DNA of 64,000 nt from Cyanophora paradoxa CCMP329. Lineage: Eukaryota; Plantae; Glaucophyta. The stretch spans positions 1-64,000 of the forward strand of contig QPMI01000499.1 of the NCBI GenBank assembly GCA_004431415.1. The letters run 5' to 3'. Below the pieces are notes generated by a model. It did not search any database and was not told the origin of the DNA. It saw only the letters and a list, made by a program, of their open reading frames with translations. Positions 38,313 through 51,173 of this stretch are shown here, one piece after another. Made by a program: the position numbers and the translations under genes. Positions within the stretch are counted from its first letter, which is position 1. The number at the start of each line of letters is the position of its first letter.

Positions 38313-39856
38313 CTACCGGGACAGGGGCGCGCGGTGGACGTCCTTGTAAATGATGTACCGGGAGCGGCTCTGCGGGGCCCGGGCGCTCAGGGGTACGGAG
38401 ATAATGAGAGGAACGTTCAGGAGGGTGCTGGGGTACCTTGCCGAGGGCGGCGTACCACTGGGGAACGTACGGCCCCATCCAGATGACGTCGCCCGCCGTC
38501 ACGGGGTACCAGTCGTCTCCTAGACTGGAGGGGTACGCGTCGGCGTCGGCGACAAAGGGGGGTAGCTCAAAAGCTCGAAGCGCAGCGAAGGGGGGGTACC
38601 GATAGATGCCCTCGCCCTCGAGGAGGAGGAGGCCGTGCTCGTGGTAGTGTACCTCCTTGATCGCCAGGTACTCCCCCGGCTGCGGGGGGTACGCGTTCGG
38701 TTGGTTGGGGGGTACGCCTCCAGCGGCAGGTTCGGGGATAGAGGTACGAACGTTGAAATCCATGACGTGGACGTTGAAATCGTACGCCGGCTCGACGGGG
38801 AGCAGCTTCCGTAGGATGAAGTACTCCCCTGGGGGCAGAAAAGACTCGACGTCGGACGGGTACGGGATAGAGCGCGGATGCGATGAATGTTAATGTACCC
38901 GGGACGACCTTGCCCTCGAAGTCGCGCTCGTGGCCGACGATGACGCGCGGGTTGCCGCCGGGCAGCGGCGCGTGCGTCCGCTCGTACACGAGGACCTGTA
39001 CCCCCCCGGCCGTTCCGTTTCAGGTCGGAGAGCCCCGCAAAGGGGGTACGTGTACGCGCGCGGACCGAGGCGACGCCCTCGGCGGCGAGGTTAAAATTAG
39101 AGTCCGGGGGGAGGTAGCAGAAGGCGCCCGGGCCCTCCAGCCTCGTCTGGTTCTGCGTTCCGGCCTGAAGGAGGGGGCGCGGCGGGCGGGGCGTCAGCTT
39201 CTCGAGGTCAGGCGCTCCGTGCTCGGCGGGTCGGAGCCTCGGGGCGACCTTGAAGAGGCTACCCCCGGAGGAGAAAGAGAGGGCCAGAGAGCCGCTGAGG
39301 ACGTACACGAAGCGCTCGGCGCCGGCCGGCATCCAGTTCGTGTACCCGCCGTCCTCCAGCGTCGCCACGTACATCAGGAACTGCGCGCCCATCGCTGCGG
39401 GCGCGAAGGTCAGCCGGGGCGGAGCGGCGGCGTTTCAGCGGGCGCGGGCATGCACCGGGGGAGATGTACACCACCGCCGACGTCTTGGTCCAGCCCGGAA
39501 GCGGGGCGCCGACGCGGCTCTCGGGCGTAACGAGCGCGTAGTCCCTACTGGGGCCGTCGGCAGCACGCGGCGGGGCGGGCGGCCCGCGCCTGGCCGGCGG
39601 CGGCGCGCGCACCGGCGGACGACGCTACGGGTGTAGCCGGGCAGCGCCGTGATGGGACGCGGCACGTGCGTGATGTGGGAGGTCAGCGGGTCATAGTTCG
39701 CAGCCTGGCCGAACGCTTCGTGGCCCGGATAGGCAGTCTCTGCCCGCGGCGTTAGGCGGCCGGCCGCTGCGGCAGGAGCGCCGGAAACGCACCCGCGTTG
39801 GCCGAGGCCGAAAGAACTAGCACGGCGGACAGGAGGAGCCCGAGCAACCGCTCCAT
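38313..39856 (-). CDS. UGLYAH: (S)-ureidoglycine aminohydrolase (AllE/YlbA bicupin) with signal peptide
   Basis: Signal [123 protein letters not shown]. Confidence 0.95.
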
Positions 39857-39868
39857 CGCACTTGAGCC

Positions 39869-39884
39869 GGGTATCACTATACCC
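39869..39884. promoter_or_regulatory. Dyad GGGTAT-cact-ATACCC in the 38-bp gap between two divergent start codons
   Basis: Perfect 6-bp inverted repeat centred between CAT (39854-39856) and ATG (39895). Regulatory role is inferred. Confidence 0.35.
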
Positions 39885-39894
39885 AGTTGGCGAG

Positions 39895-40843
39895 ATGGCG
39901 GGCCCAGCAGCAGCCGGCGCGAAGCCGCCGCGCAAGCAGTCGCCCCTGACCAAGCTGTACCTCATCATATACAACCTGGGGATGGTCGGAGGCTGGGGAT
40001 ACCTGCTGTTCATCATGGCGAAGCACTTCTCGGAGAGCAAGGGCGAGATTGGCAACCTGTGGAAGAAGATCGAGATGCCCCTGAAGGTTCGCAAGGGCCT
40101 GCCACGTGCAGCGCGCTCCGCTCGGCCGCGCTACCGGCGCCAACCCGCGCGAGCAGATCTTCCAGACGGGGGCCGTTATGGAAGTGCTGCATGCGATGTT
40201 CGGCGTCGTCCGCAGCCCCGTCTTCACGACGGCGCTCCAGGTCGCGTCGCGCGTCGGCCTCGTCTGGGGCATCACCAACATCTCGACCGCGGTGCGGCGC
40301 CCCGCCCCGCGCCGCCGCCGCCGCCGCCCCCGCTCGCGTCGATCGATGCACACCTCATCTCGCGGCCGCACGGCTGACGCCCCGCGGCGCCTGGAAACAA
40401 TCAGGCCCAGACCTCGGGCTTCCTGGCGCTCATGGTCGGCTCCTGGAGCCTTGTGGAGGTCCCCCGCTACCTCTACTACGCCTGGGCAATCGTCGCGCAG
40501 GTCAGCTCGCTCGCTCGCTTGTCGCTCCTCCCGCCCGCCGCCCGCCCGCCCGCTGACCCCCCCGCAGGTCCCGTACCCGCTCCTGTGGCTTCGCTACTCG
40601 CTCTTCGCGATCCTGTACCCCACCGGCATCACCGGCGAGGTGATGTCGATCTGGGTGAGCCTGGAGACGCTCCAGAAGTTCACCAAGTTCGACCTGGTGC
40701 TCCCGAACGCGTACAACTTCTCCTTCTGCTACTACTACGCCGTGCTCTTCGCGCTCGCGACCTACATCCCCGGGTCGCCCACCATGTACAAGCACATGGC
40801 CGCCCAGCGCAAGAAGTACCTCGGCAAGCCTAAGACCGCGTAG
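39895..40843 (+). CDS. HACD: Very-long-chain 3-hydroxyacyl-CoA dehydratase (PHS1/PAS2/HACD)
   Basis: YLIIYNL, FQTGAVMEVLHAMFGVVRSP, LQVASR, WSLVEVPRYLYY, LWLRYSLFAILYPTGITGE, YIPG..MYKHMAAQRKKYL. The C-terminus has a KxKxx ER-retrieval motif. Confidence 0.96.
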
Positions 40844-41541
40844 TGCTAGCGCTAGCCGCTGAGCCGCCCCGCGTCTCGGCCCCGCCTCAGGCCTAGGCTT
40901 CTGGATTTGCAGTTCATTTCACTAGCTAGCTTTCGAATTCGGCGGTATTTGCCTCGCCGCGGGGCGCCGGGGCGCCGCTGCCCCTAACGACGTCAAGATC
41001 TACGCACACGGTATACGCTAGCTGTAGGCGGCACTACCCGTGCACATGGGCCCTGCCACTGGCTACCAGGGCTGGGGCGCGTTGACTAACGAACTTCGTT
41101 GTAACGGCGGCATCGAACGCCCTCTCGAACCTAGCACTAACAACGAATTAAAGCTGAAACAATGAGCCTCGGAGAGATACACTCTAGCCCTGTGACTCCA
41201 AGGAAAACCGTCTAGGCGGCTGTTACTGCTCTCAACGAAAGAAGAAAGAACGGAAACTAACAATTATTGATTCTACAAGTACAAGTTATTATACACCCTA
41301 GTTTTCGACCGCCAATCAAAAAACGCCACTACACACTGACCTGCATGTCGGAGCGAAACGCAAAAAGAACACTACACGAAAGCTAAGCTCAAAGAAGCGA
41401 AAGCGAAGCTGTACATGCAAAGGAGAAAGGGTGCCCGGCCCCCTTGGAGGCTGGCCACGGGTGGAATTTAGGGCGCCGCCGGCGGCTGTGCGGTCTGCGC
41501 CTTCGTCCCCCCTCGTCCACGGACCTCGCAGTCAGATCAAA

Positions 41542-44500
41542 TCACCAGATCCAGCGGGCGGCGTGCGGGCCGCGGGTGCCGAGCTCCAAGCGGAAAGTGA
41601 CGCGGCGTCCGCCGCGCAGGGCGACAATCTGCACGCGGTCCCGCCACGCGTGCGCGTACAGCTGCCGGAAGGTTCGAATTTGAATTTGAATTCGAATTCG
41701 AATTCGAATTTGAATTCGATCGCACCGCGCGGCCGAGGTCCAGGCGCCCGCGGATTTCGGTCCCGTCGAACACGATGACGCGGTCCTGCGGCCGCAGCCC
41801 GCCCTCGAACGCGGCCGAGCCCTCCAGGACCTGAAAAGGGGGGTACGCGGTTCGGCGGGGGGTACGGACGGGGGAGGGGGGTGGGGGCGCACGTTACGGA
41901 TCGGGGCGCCGGGCGCGCGCGTCTCGTCGTGGTCTGCGGGGAAGGCGTGCGCTCAAAACGGTGCCGACGGGTACGCAAAAGGCGAAAACGCGTACCCGGG
42001 TCGACGGTGACGCCGAGGAACGGGTCGGAGAGCTTCTGGCGCCGCGTGAACACGTCCACGAGGCGCACGACCTGCGGGGGTACGTCAGCGTCGACGGCGT
42101 CCTCCGGGGGTACGCGAACGCGGAGGGAGGGGTACGCGCCTCGTCGGCGGAGAGAGCGAGGGAGACCTGGGAGAGGCTGGAGGGCCAGGTCTGGTGGGAC
42201 CCGAGCCCGGAGCGGATCGCGCTCTCCCGCTGCGAACGAAACGCTTGGGGGAGGGGGTACGAGGGGATGGAAGGGGAGGGGGTACCGAGATGCCGATGTG
42301 GTTGACGCCGACGACCTCGCCCCGCGAGTTGACGAGGGGCCCGCCTGAGTGAGGAGGGGGGCGAGGGGGTTAGGAGGGCGGAGGCACGGAGAGAGGGGGG
42401 CACGGCGCAGCGCGCTAGGCGAGCGCAGAGAGGCGGGAATCGGAGCTCCCACTCTAGTCGCCCCTCGAGCCGAGTCCCGGAGCGCGAATCGAAGCGCACC
42501 GGAATAGCCGCCCCTCTAGCCGCCCGTTCCCCTCTAGCCGCCCTCTAGCCGTCCCTAGCCGCCCCTCTAGCCGCACCGGAGTAGCCGCGCAGGATCGGCG
42601 CGTCGGTCGCCAGCACGCTCGCAGAGTGGCCCAGCCACATCTGGGGAGGGAGGGAAGCAGCGTTAGACGAAGGCGGAGGGTTCGTGGGCTGCTGCTGGGT
42701 TCGAGCGCGGGCCCGGGGCTAAATATAGCGCACCGTGTACCCGGGGAGGTTCGAGAGGACCATGCCCGAGCAGACCTGTGCACGCGCGCGGCTCGGCTCA
42801 ACTCGGCTCGGCTCGACGCTCAGCGAATTCGGTGGTGGTTTTCATTCTAGATCTCAGGAGCGATCGGATTCTATTCCCCCGGGGGTCTCCTGGCGACCCC
42901 GGCATCCCCCTTGCTCAACTACTGAGTTGGGATAGCTTCTAAACGTGGGAGCAGGCCTCCGAATGCATTGCGCATTGCGCGGGCCTCAGAATGTAAATGA
43001 GAGCGGAATGTATGGATGTGAGAGCGCACCGAGTTGGTGATGTCCTCGCGGTCGGGGTGCCGCACGGCGAAGACGCGGCGCGGGTCCGCCGTCCGCGCGA
43101 ACTCACTGCGGGGAGAGGGGTGAGGGGGAGGACGGGGAGGAGGGGGAGGAGGGCGGACGTGAAGGCCGAGCCCAGGCGGTCGTCCGAGTAGGACTCCGAG
43201 GGGAGGACGCCCTGCCGGAGATTCGAATTCGATCCGGGAGGAAGCGGAGATCGATCAAGGGGGGCCGCGGGGCCGGGGGGGTACCTTGCCGAGGAGGCGT
43301 GCGACGGGTACGGCGTCGGTGGCGGGCGGCGGGCTGGTCCCGATGCGGGCCGACTCCACCCAGGCCTGGCGGCGTGGAAGATAGTTAAAGGCAGAGGCAG
43401 AGGCCTGGGCCTAGGGTCGGGGGAGTCGGCGTAGGGGGTACCGGGAGGCGGCCGCCGGGGGTACAGGCGCGCAGGACGGCGAGGTCGCGCGCCGCGTCGG
43501 TGCCGATGATGCGGCAGGGCACCCGCACGCCCTGCGGCCCGCGGTCGGCGAGGGGCGGGTCAGAGACTCAGGGCGGGTAGCAGCTGTCGAAAACGAGGGG
43601 ACCTGGGTGTGGATGACGACCGTGCCGCCGGGCCCGGCGGCGGCCGCGACCACGTGCTGGCACGTCACGTCATCAGTTTCGACGGGTAAGACGCGAGCGC
43701 GCCGCAGCTCACCTGGCACGTCACCACGATGCCCCGCGCCCGGTCGTAGACCCACCTGCGCGCGGCTCGGCTCAGCTCAGCCGCCCCAGCCGGCTGGCCG
43801 GCCTGACTGTGCCCGGCCGCCCCACAAGGCTTCGCCGAGCGCACCCGGTGCCGGTGGACGAGGCGCCCTTGGAGCGTGAGCCCTTGGGGGCCTTGGCGGC
43901 GGCCGTGACCGTCACGACGGAGCGGAGGAGGCGCTCGGCGGCGCGCCGGTCCGCGATGCCGGCGCGCAGGAGGTCGTCCACGACCCGCCGCTCCTCCGCC
44001 GTCGCCCGCGGCTGCTCGAATCGGCTCAGATCAGATCTGATATGAGGTGACGCGATCAGATCCGATCGTACCTGGGGGTTCAGGGCGTCGAGCGCGAGGA
44101 TGAGGGTCATCGCCCAGAGAACGTTCATCTCGATGGTCGCGAGGACGCTCGGGTTCGTCTCGCGCGAGAGGAGGTACCCGGCGAGGCCCGAGGCCACGGC
44201 GGCGAGGCCCGAGGCCGTGCGGTTCGAGAAGGAGGACGAGGAGCCGCCCCCGGCCTCGCCCAGGGCCGAGCGGAGCTGCCAGACCACCGCGAAGAGCGCC
44301 AGGGACTCCAGCACGAGAGCGAGGCCGTGCCCCTCCGGCAGCGCGAGCCGCGCGATCCCCGCCACCTGCTCCGCCGCCGCCGCCGCCGCCGCGAGGGAAA
44401 GGGACGCCACAAGGGGAGCGCTCAGCGGGAGAACGTTGACCGCGGCCGGCGCCGGCGCCGGCACCGGCATTCTGCGGGGCGCGCGGAAGCTTTGGTCCGA

Positions 44501-44845
44501 GGCGTGGGGAACGAAAGATGGTGGGAGAACACACCTCGCCGGTGCCGCTCCGAAGAAGGCGCGGCGCTGACGGAGAAGGAGACCTCCGCTGGCGGCGGCG
44601 CCGCAGCGAATGCGGGTCGGCGTCGCGGCGGGCCGCACGGTCCGCATGCTCCAGCCCGCGGTGGCGGAAGGAATCATTGCAGCACGGCAGCCGATCGCCG
44701 GCGCCACCGCAAAAAGGGCTCGCCGCGCCGCGCCGGTGGTGGCGCCGGCGGCCGCCGTCGCACCCATCCACGGAGCGGACGCGGGGGCGTCAGGAAGCGC
44801 TGCGTAAAAGATCAGTGATTGTCTGCCACGCGTAGCGGCGATCAT
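41542..44845 (-). CDS. DegP/HtrA-like serine protease with PDZ domain and N-terminal hydrophobic extension
   Basis: TCQHVV (His), GTDAARDLAVL (Asp), LATDAPILRGYSGGPLVNSRGEVVGVN (Ser); PDZ PFLGVTV..GSAAFEGGLRPQDRVIVFDG. Start uncertain (several ATGs between about 44677 and 44845). Confidence 0.85.
41676..41717. repeat. (GAATTY)n hexamer microsatellite filling the last intron of the protease gene
   Basis: GAATTTGAATTTGAATTCGAATTCGAATTCGAATTTGAATTC lies between a GT donor and a CAG acceptor on the minus strand. Confidence 0.9.
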
Positions 44846-45428
44846 GCGACGGCCGCCGGCGCACCAATGGCAACTCGGGACATGACGTCGACGGGCAGGT
44901 CAGCACTCGCCTCGCGTCTCTCAGTCAAGCTCGCAGCGTAAAACCTGCACGCATGCAACGATGTCAACAAAGGCAAATCGCTCGTGTGCCCCCCACTACT
45001 CGCGGGGCGCGGGCCCCGGTCAACGCGACGGGCGCGGGCGCCGGGGCGCCGGGCGCAAGGAGCAACCATTAAAACGTGCTCTATATCAATTTCTATGCCG
45101 TAACTGGCCGCGGGATGCTGGTCGGCCGCGCAGGGGAGCCCGCTGAATGGCCGTAACGCTGACCTTGTCAAGGTCTGGGGGTTGGCGTGGGGGTGGCGCA
45201 ACTGCCGCTGCAGGACCTCCTGCACTCCACTTCACTCGCGAATTCCGCGGCGGCGAGTCGCTCGACGCGTCGGCGGGCTCGCAAAGTCTCCTATCGGCGT
45301 ACCCCTCTAACGGCAGGCCAGAGTCGTGGCCTATACGTGTTTACGCGGCGCTTCAGCAGCCCCAAAGGCGCGGGCAATCAAAACGCAGGCATATATCGCA
45401 TCGAGACAGCGCTTGAGCACGGCACGCG

Positions 45429-47362
45429 ATGGCGGACGACGACGAGGTCGAGCAGACGCTGTTCCTCTGTCGCGAGGCATTTGTGTACAAAATCCCTCCG
45501 CGTGCGACCTCCGGAGGCTACCGAGCGAACGACTGGGACGTCAACAAGTGCGTGCCCCACTTTGCTGCGCGCCCGCAGGCCTCACTCGCTTTGCAGATGG
45601 GTTCGTCGACTAGCTCGCCTGGGCGCCATTCCAATGCACCCTAGCTGCGCGCTTGAGCTGTCGCTTTGCCCTCTGCTCCACCATTCGAGCTAGCTGGTCA
45701 CCGCCCGCGCTGGTCCCTTTGCTGACTTCATCACTAGATTTGGAGTGGAAGGTGTAAGATCGTGTCGAAGGGCATCACGTGCAGCATCATCCTCGAGGAC
45801 GGCGGTGGTTCGCTATCTCGCTGCCGTCCTCGCCGCCGCTCTAAGTGTTCCCGCTTGTGCAGGCCAGCTGTTCGCGACGTGCCCTATCAATGTGTCTGGC
45901 AACGGGCCGGAGTCTGTCGAGGTGCGGCATCCAAGCTGCAGCAAGCGCCTTCGCGCTGACCGTCGCGTTTGTACAGGCGGTCATTGATTCGTCTCGCTAC
46001 TTTGTGCTGCGCATTGAGGACGGGAACGGAAGGCACGCGTTCATTGGCCTTGGTTTCAAGGACCGCAGCGAATCGTGCGCTTCTCTCGCTGTCGATCCTT
46101 GTAGCTACACCACTCACGCCAGAGCGCGCAGCTACGATTTCAACGTTGCGATGTGAGAGTCGTTTCTCTTTTCGAGCTGCGCTGCCTCTGTTTTGGCTGA
46201 TTTCCGCGTTCCGCCTGCCGCGAACAGTGCCGACCACCTGAAGTGCGTCCGGCCGGCTCCCGTCGCATCCTTCCGGGCTCAGAGTGCTCGCAGATACGCG
46301 AAGCGCGTGCGGGAAGGTTCTAAAGAAGAGAAGGTGACCGGCCCGAAGATCGACTACAGGCGAGCCGGCCCGCGCTCGGCCATGCTCGCCGCGCGCCGCT
46401 GACGCCCGCCCAGTTTGAAAGAGGGACAGACGATCCGCATCGACTTGAAGGCGAAGGAAGGAAAGAAGGCGACAGTGACGACCGGCAGCTTGCTGAGCGA
46501 CGGGGCAGCCCCGGCGACGCCGCTGCTCGCCCCCCCGCCCCCTGGCAAATCCCACACCGTACCCGTCCTCAGGTAATCCAGTTCCCGCTTCTTCGGCCTT
46601 TCTCCGCTCATTTTGCGGGACGGCAGGCCACCCCCCGGCTCGGCCCCGACACGGGTGCCGTCCGCGGCGGGCGGGGCCGCGCCCAAGTCCTCCGGCGGCA
46701 GCGCCATGGACGACCTCCTCGCAGACCTCACCGCGCCCGCGCCGGCGCCCGCGGCTTCAGCCGCCGGCAGCTCGGCGGCCCTGCTTGGGATGGGCGCTTT
46801 CGGGTCGGCGCCGGCGCCGGCCGGAGGGGCGGCGGCGCTCCTGGGCGGGCTGGCGGGCCCGTCGAGCCAGCCGATGGCGGCACAATCGATGCCGGCGACG
46901 GCGCTGGCGGGCATGGGGATGCCGCAGCAGATGGGCATGCCGATGGCGGCGCAGTCGATGCCGTCGGCGGCGCTCATGGGCATGGCGGGCGCGTCGGCAC
47001 CACGGCCCGCCACGGCGGCCGCCGGCGGACCGATGATGGGCATGATGGGGTCCATGCCGATGGGCATGGGGCAGCCCATGATGCCGCAACAGCAGCAGCA
47101 GCCGGCGATGATGGGGATGATGCCGATGGGCGGCATGGGGCAGCAGCCCATGGGCGGCATGCAGCCGATGATGCCGATGGGCGGAATGATGGCGCCCCAG
47201 CAGGCGGCCCCCATGATGCCCGGGATGGGCATGGGCACGATGCCGGCCGGCATGACCGGCGCGCACCAGTCGGCCCCCGCCGGCCCCGCCCACGCCGCGA
47301 ACCCCGCCGCGGCAGCAGCCGCGAATTTCGCATCCCTATCCCTCGACGACCTCCTGAAGTAG
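45429..47362 (+). CDS. NECAP: Adaptin ear-binding coat-associated protein (NECAP), Met/Gly/Pro-rich tail
   Basis: [91 protein letters not shown]. Confidence 0.95.
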
Positions 47363-48130
47363 GCTTTCAGACTCTAGGTAGTGCTCTCCATAATAGAAAC
47401 GAGCTGTTTAATATCGAGGGACGACGTCGACTGCTGATATTCATTCATTCATGCGAAAGTTCATTCCAGAGTCCAGCCCGACGTGGGGGTCTGGGCCCTG
47501 GCTTCGAGATCGGCTGAAACACTCAGGCTAGCTAGCTATAGCAATTAATGACGGAAACTTAAAATGCATAAGGGGAAACCATTAGCACCTACGAGGCTAC
47601 CTGCAGATCTAGAGCTCGAGCCTCGGAGGTATTGACACTATAGCTAGCTATAGTGCGTACTACATATCGGAATAGAAACTCAGTGACTCGCAACAATGGA
47701 TCGCGACCGATCCTCACTCACTATGAAAGCGATAAGATGGATAAATCATCGGGCACACCGGAACCGATTCCGCGCTCGCTAGTGCTACAGGTATGTGCAG
47801 AACGAAGTAAGGGTCCGGGAGATCCCCACGAAAACTGCCTAGAGGCTGCTTGCCCATAATAATTAGGGCGCCTCTAGCTGAACTCAGGCCTAGTTATAGC
47901 TACAACTATATAGCTGACCCTACGGAATTCGCGATGCGAATAAACTATGTAAAACGGCTAACATCGCGAGAAATATTACGTGGAGGCTTAGCGCCTCGCT
48001 GGAAGGCAAAACTGCAGCGGCGGGGGCGGGCGGGGCCCGCCTGCCGCGTAGATCTAATCTACAAATACAAGTATAGGTGCGGAAATAACTCTTCCGATGT
48101 ATACGCCGGCCTCGGATCTAAATATAGGGC

Positions 48131-50587
48131 TCACATGCGGAGGCGTGTGAGGAACTGCGCGGGGACGGCGGCGGCGGCCGAGACGGCGGCGGCGGCGGCG
48201 GCGTCCTGCCCGGCGGCGGCCGCCGCCTCGTCCTCGTCCTCCGGGCCCGCGGCCGCCTCGTGGATGTGGATCTGGTGCGGTGTCGTGATTAGCGAGTGGA
48301 AGCCTTTACAAGCTTCATAGTTAGGGGGCGGGGCGGGGCGGGCGGGGGCACCTTGGGGCCGAGGGGGCTCTCCTCCGTCGCCAGGCCCCACTCCGGGTTG
48401 CTCGGCGCCCCGATCCGAATGTCCTGCGCCCAGAGTTCAGAGCGTGCTCGGAGCTTCGGAGGAACGTTCGCTCGCCTTGAGGGCCGGCATGGTGCGCGCG
48501 GTGGCGAGAAGGCGGTGGATCCACTCGGGCCGCTGCGCCATGATCCCGTCCGTGAAGAGGACGGTCTCGAGGCGCGGGCAGCCGGCGAAGGGCGCCAGGT
48601 TCCACGTCCCGCTCTCCATGACGAGGCGCCGGAGCGCGGGGAAGTGCGGGTTGGCCCCGCCCTCGTGCCTCGCCTCGTCGCCCGGCCCGCCGCACACGAT
48701 CCGCTCGAAGTTGACCTCGCAGTGGTGCAGGCTGACGCTCTCCAGGTGGGGGAAGACAGCCGGCTGGCCCCGGAGGATGCGGGCCCGCCGGCGGACAGAG
48801 GCGGCGCTCTGGAACTCGCCCAGGTGGAGCTCACGCAGCGTGCGGCGGACCGAGAGGATGTTCTCGACGCACTCGCCGCCCCCGTTCAGGTTCTTAACCT
48901 CCAGGCCCTTCGCGATCAAACGTTAGGGGAGAACAACCGGGGGGGGGGGGAAGAGGGGGGTACCTCGAGGCGCTGGAGGAAGGGGAGCGACGCGAAGGGC
49001 TCGGAGACGAGCTGCGGGCAGCACTGCGCGCGGCGTTCAGTTTAGGTCCGGGGGTGGGGGGGGTACGAGAGCGGCGCACGGTGACGCTGAGGCGCTTGAG
49101 GTTGCGGAGCTCGCGGAGGGCGCCGAGGTGCTCGTCGCGGACGTCCAGGGCGTGCAGGCGAAGGTTCTCCAGGCGAACGAAGTTGGGGCCCGCGAGGCCG
49201 CCCAGCTGGAAGAACGAGAGCGGCGCCGCCCCTGAGCCGAGGTCAGCGTGGAGGGGTAGAGAGGCGAGCGAGCGAGCGAGCGAGGGCGCGGCGTACCCGG
49301 GACGAAGTCGAGCTCGAGGGTCGAGAGGCGGGCGGGTACGTTTAGGAGGGCGTCGAGGCTCACGTCAGCCACGCGGTGGACGCGGATCGAGCGCACTGCC
49401 TTGTGGCCCGCAGAGTTCATGCTGCGGCGGACGAAAGTGAGCGCGCGGCGATCAAATCGCGAGGCGGCCGCGGGGGTCCGGGCGTCGGCGCGCGCACAGG
49501 CGGACGAGCCGATGGAGAAAGGCCGAGCACTCCTCAGCGGAGACGCGGCGCGGGTTGTCGAACGTGACGTCCTGCACCGCCTCGGGGTGTGCGTGCTCCA
49601 GCAGGCGCAGGTACACGCGCTCGTCGGCCGCCGCCGCGTCGGCGATGACACGCGGGCACATCTTCAGGGGCGAGCACGCGATCTGCTCGCAGACCCTTCA
49701 GAAAGAGAGCGATTCACGCGTACGCTCGGGGCGCACTGCGAAGGCATGGAGAAGGCGGGAAACGTCGCCCTCGGCGGCGGCGCCATCGGAGAGCGCGGCG
49801 TCGATCTCCTTGCGCAGGGCATCGGCGGCTTCCGCAGAAGCGCTGGGAAGGTCCGCGATGACAGCGGAGAGGAGCGGCGAAGGCCGCAGCTGCGGCAGCA
49901 GCACGCGGAGGATCCAGTCGAGGTCGGGCAACTCTTTCGGCTCGACCGCTTCTCTGAGGAAGTGAAGAACAAGCGCATTGACGCCGTTTGGCCTGCGCGG
50001 CGCGCGCGGGGAGCGCGCAGCCGCGGTCAGCAACGAAACGGCGTTCAACGGTCGCACTCGATTGCAAGAGGGCAACGCACAGGAGCGAGACGCGCTTGAT
50101 CAGCTCAGGATTGATGTTAGACGCGAAGAACTGGACTAAATCATCGTGCTCGAGGCGGTCGACAGCCTGCGCCGGCGGGCGATAAGATGATGAGCGCGGG
50201 AAGCAGCCAGGCAGCACAGCAAGGCTGCGGGCGGGCTCGGGGACACAGAGTAGGCGCTCTGCCATCTAAACAGAGGCGAGTTTGAGCTTGCGCGCAGACC
50301 TGGGCGTCGAAGACGACGTCCTCGAGAATCTCATCGTCGTGGAAGGTCTCATCAAAGTCCTCCTCGGAGAGGCCCACGGATTCCAAGCGATCTGTTCTTG
50401 GGCTATACTGCATGATCTCCTCCTCGTCGGGCTCGGCCAGAACCTTGTGGAGCGCGCGCGCCAGCTTCGCCGCGGCGGCGCGCCACGTCTGCTGCGCCCC
50501 GGCCACAGCGTCCACTGCATGCATATGTGACGCTGCATCTTTGGCGAGCCTTTGCGCAAGCGTCTCCGAAGTTGCCACTGTCTTCAT
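48131..50587 (-). CDS. Divergent LRR-containing protein
   Basis: LRR-like segments LSTLELDF, LENLRLHALDV, LRELRNLKRL, LRELHLGEF, FPHLESVSL, FPALRRLVM, CPRLETVLF. Start and end inferred from splice logic. Confidence 0.6.
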
Positions 50588-51173
50588 GCTAGCTGTCTGC
50601 TCTGGTTCTCTATCAATGCGGGAGCCCCGCGGCCGGCCTGAAAGCCGTGGCGGAAATGGATGCCCGCTGCTGCTTCTTCTCGCTCGCTGCTCGCTGCTCG
50701 GGTTGCGCAATGCACGTCGGATCAATTTCGCATGCACGTATAAAAGGCCGGCCGGATGCGCAGCGACTTCGTTCGCAGAAACGCGTACGGTGAATTTGAC
50801 GACTTATGGGGGGTACAGGCCGTCGAAACTTCAGCAAAACCGCGGCCACTACCACATCCCGCTTCAACCTCCAAGCGGCCTGGAATTCTGTCTGGTCGCT
50901 CAAGTAGGCTGTAGTATAGCCTCTAGAGCGCTAGATCGCCCCGCGCTGTTGCACTGCCACGTGGGAAGCGCTACGTATACCGGTCACTGCGGTCAGCGCC
51001 CCGCGCGCTCGTCCCCGGCATAATCGATCTGACGTGGAGGCGTGCAGGATGCGGTCGGTCAGCGGCGCGCGCGAAAAGGAACCAGCGAGTCGGATGCTCC
51101 GTAGCAGCTGCCGTTTCGAATTCGCGGGGCGAACGACGACAGCAGGCGGCTCCAGCGACTGCGCGGGCTTGCA

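Noticed and set aside
41000-41430. Possible ncRNA in AT-richer intergenic DNA (also 47370-48130)
   Set aside because: No tRNA, snRNA, snoRNA or rRNA signature recognisable.
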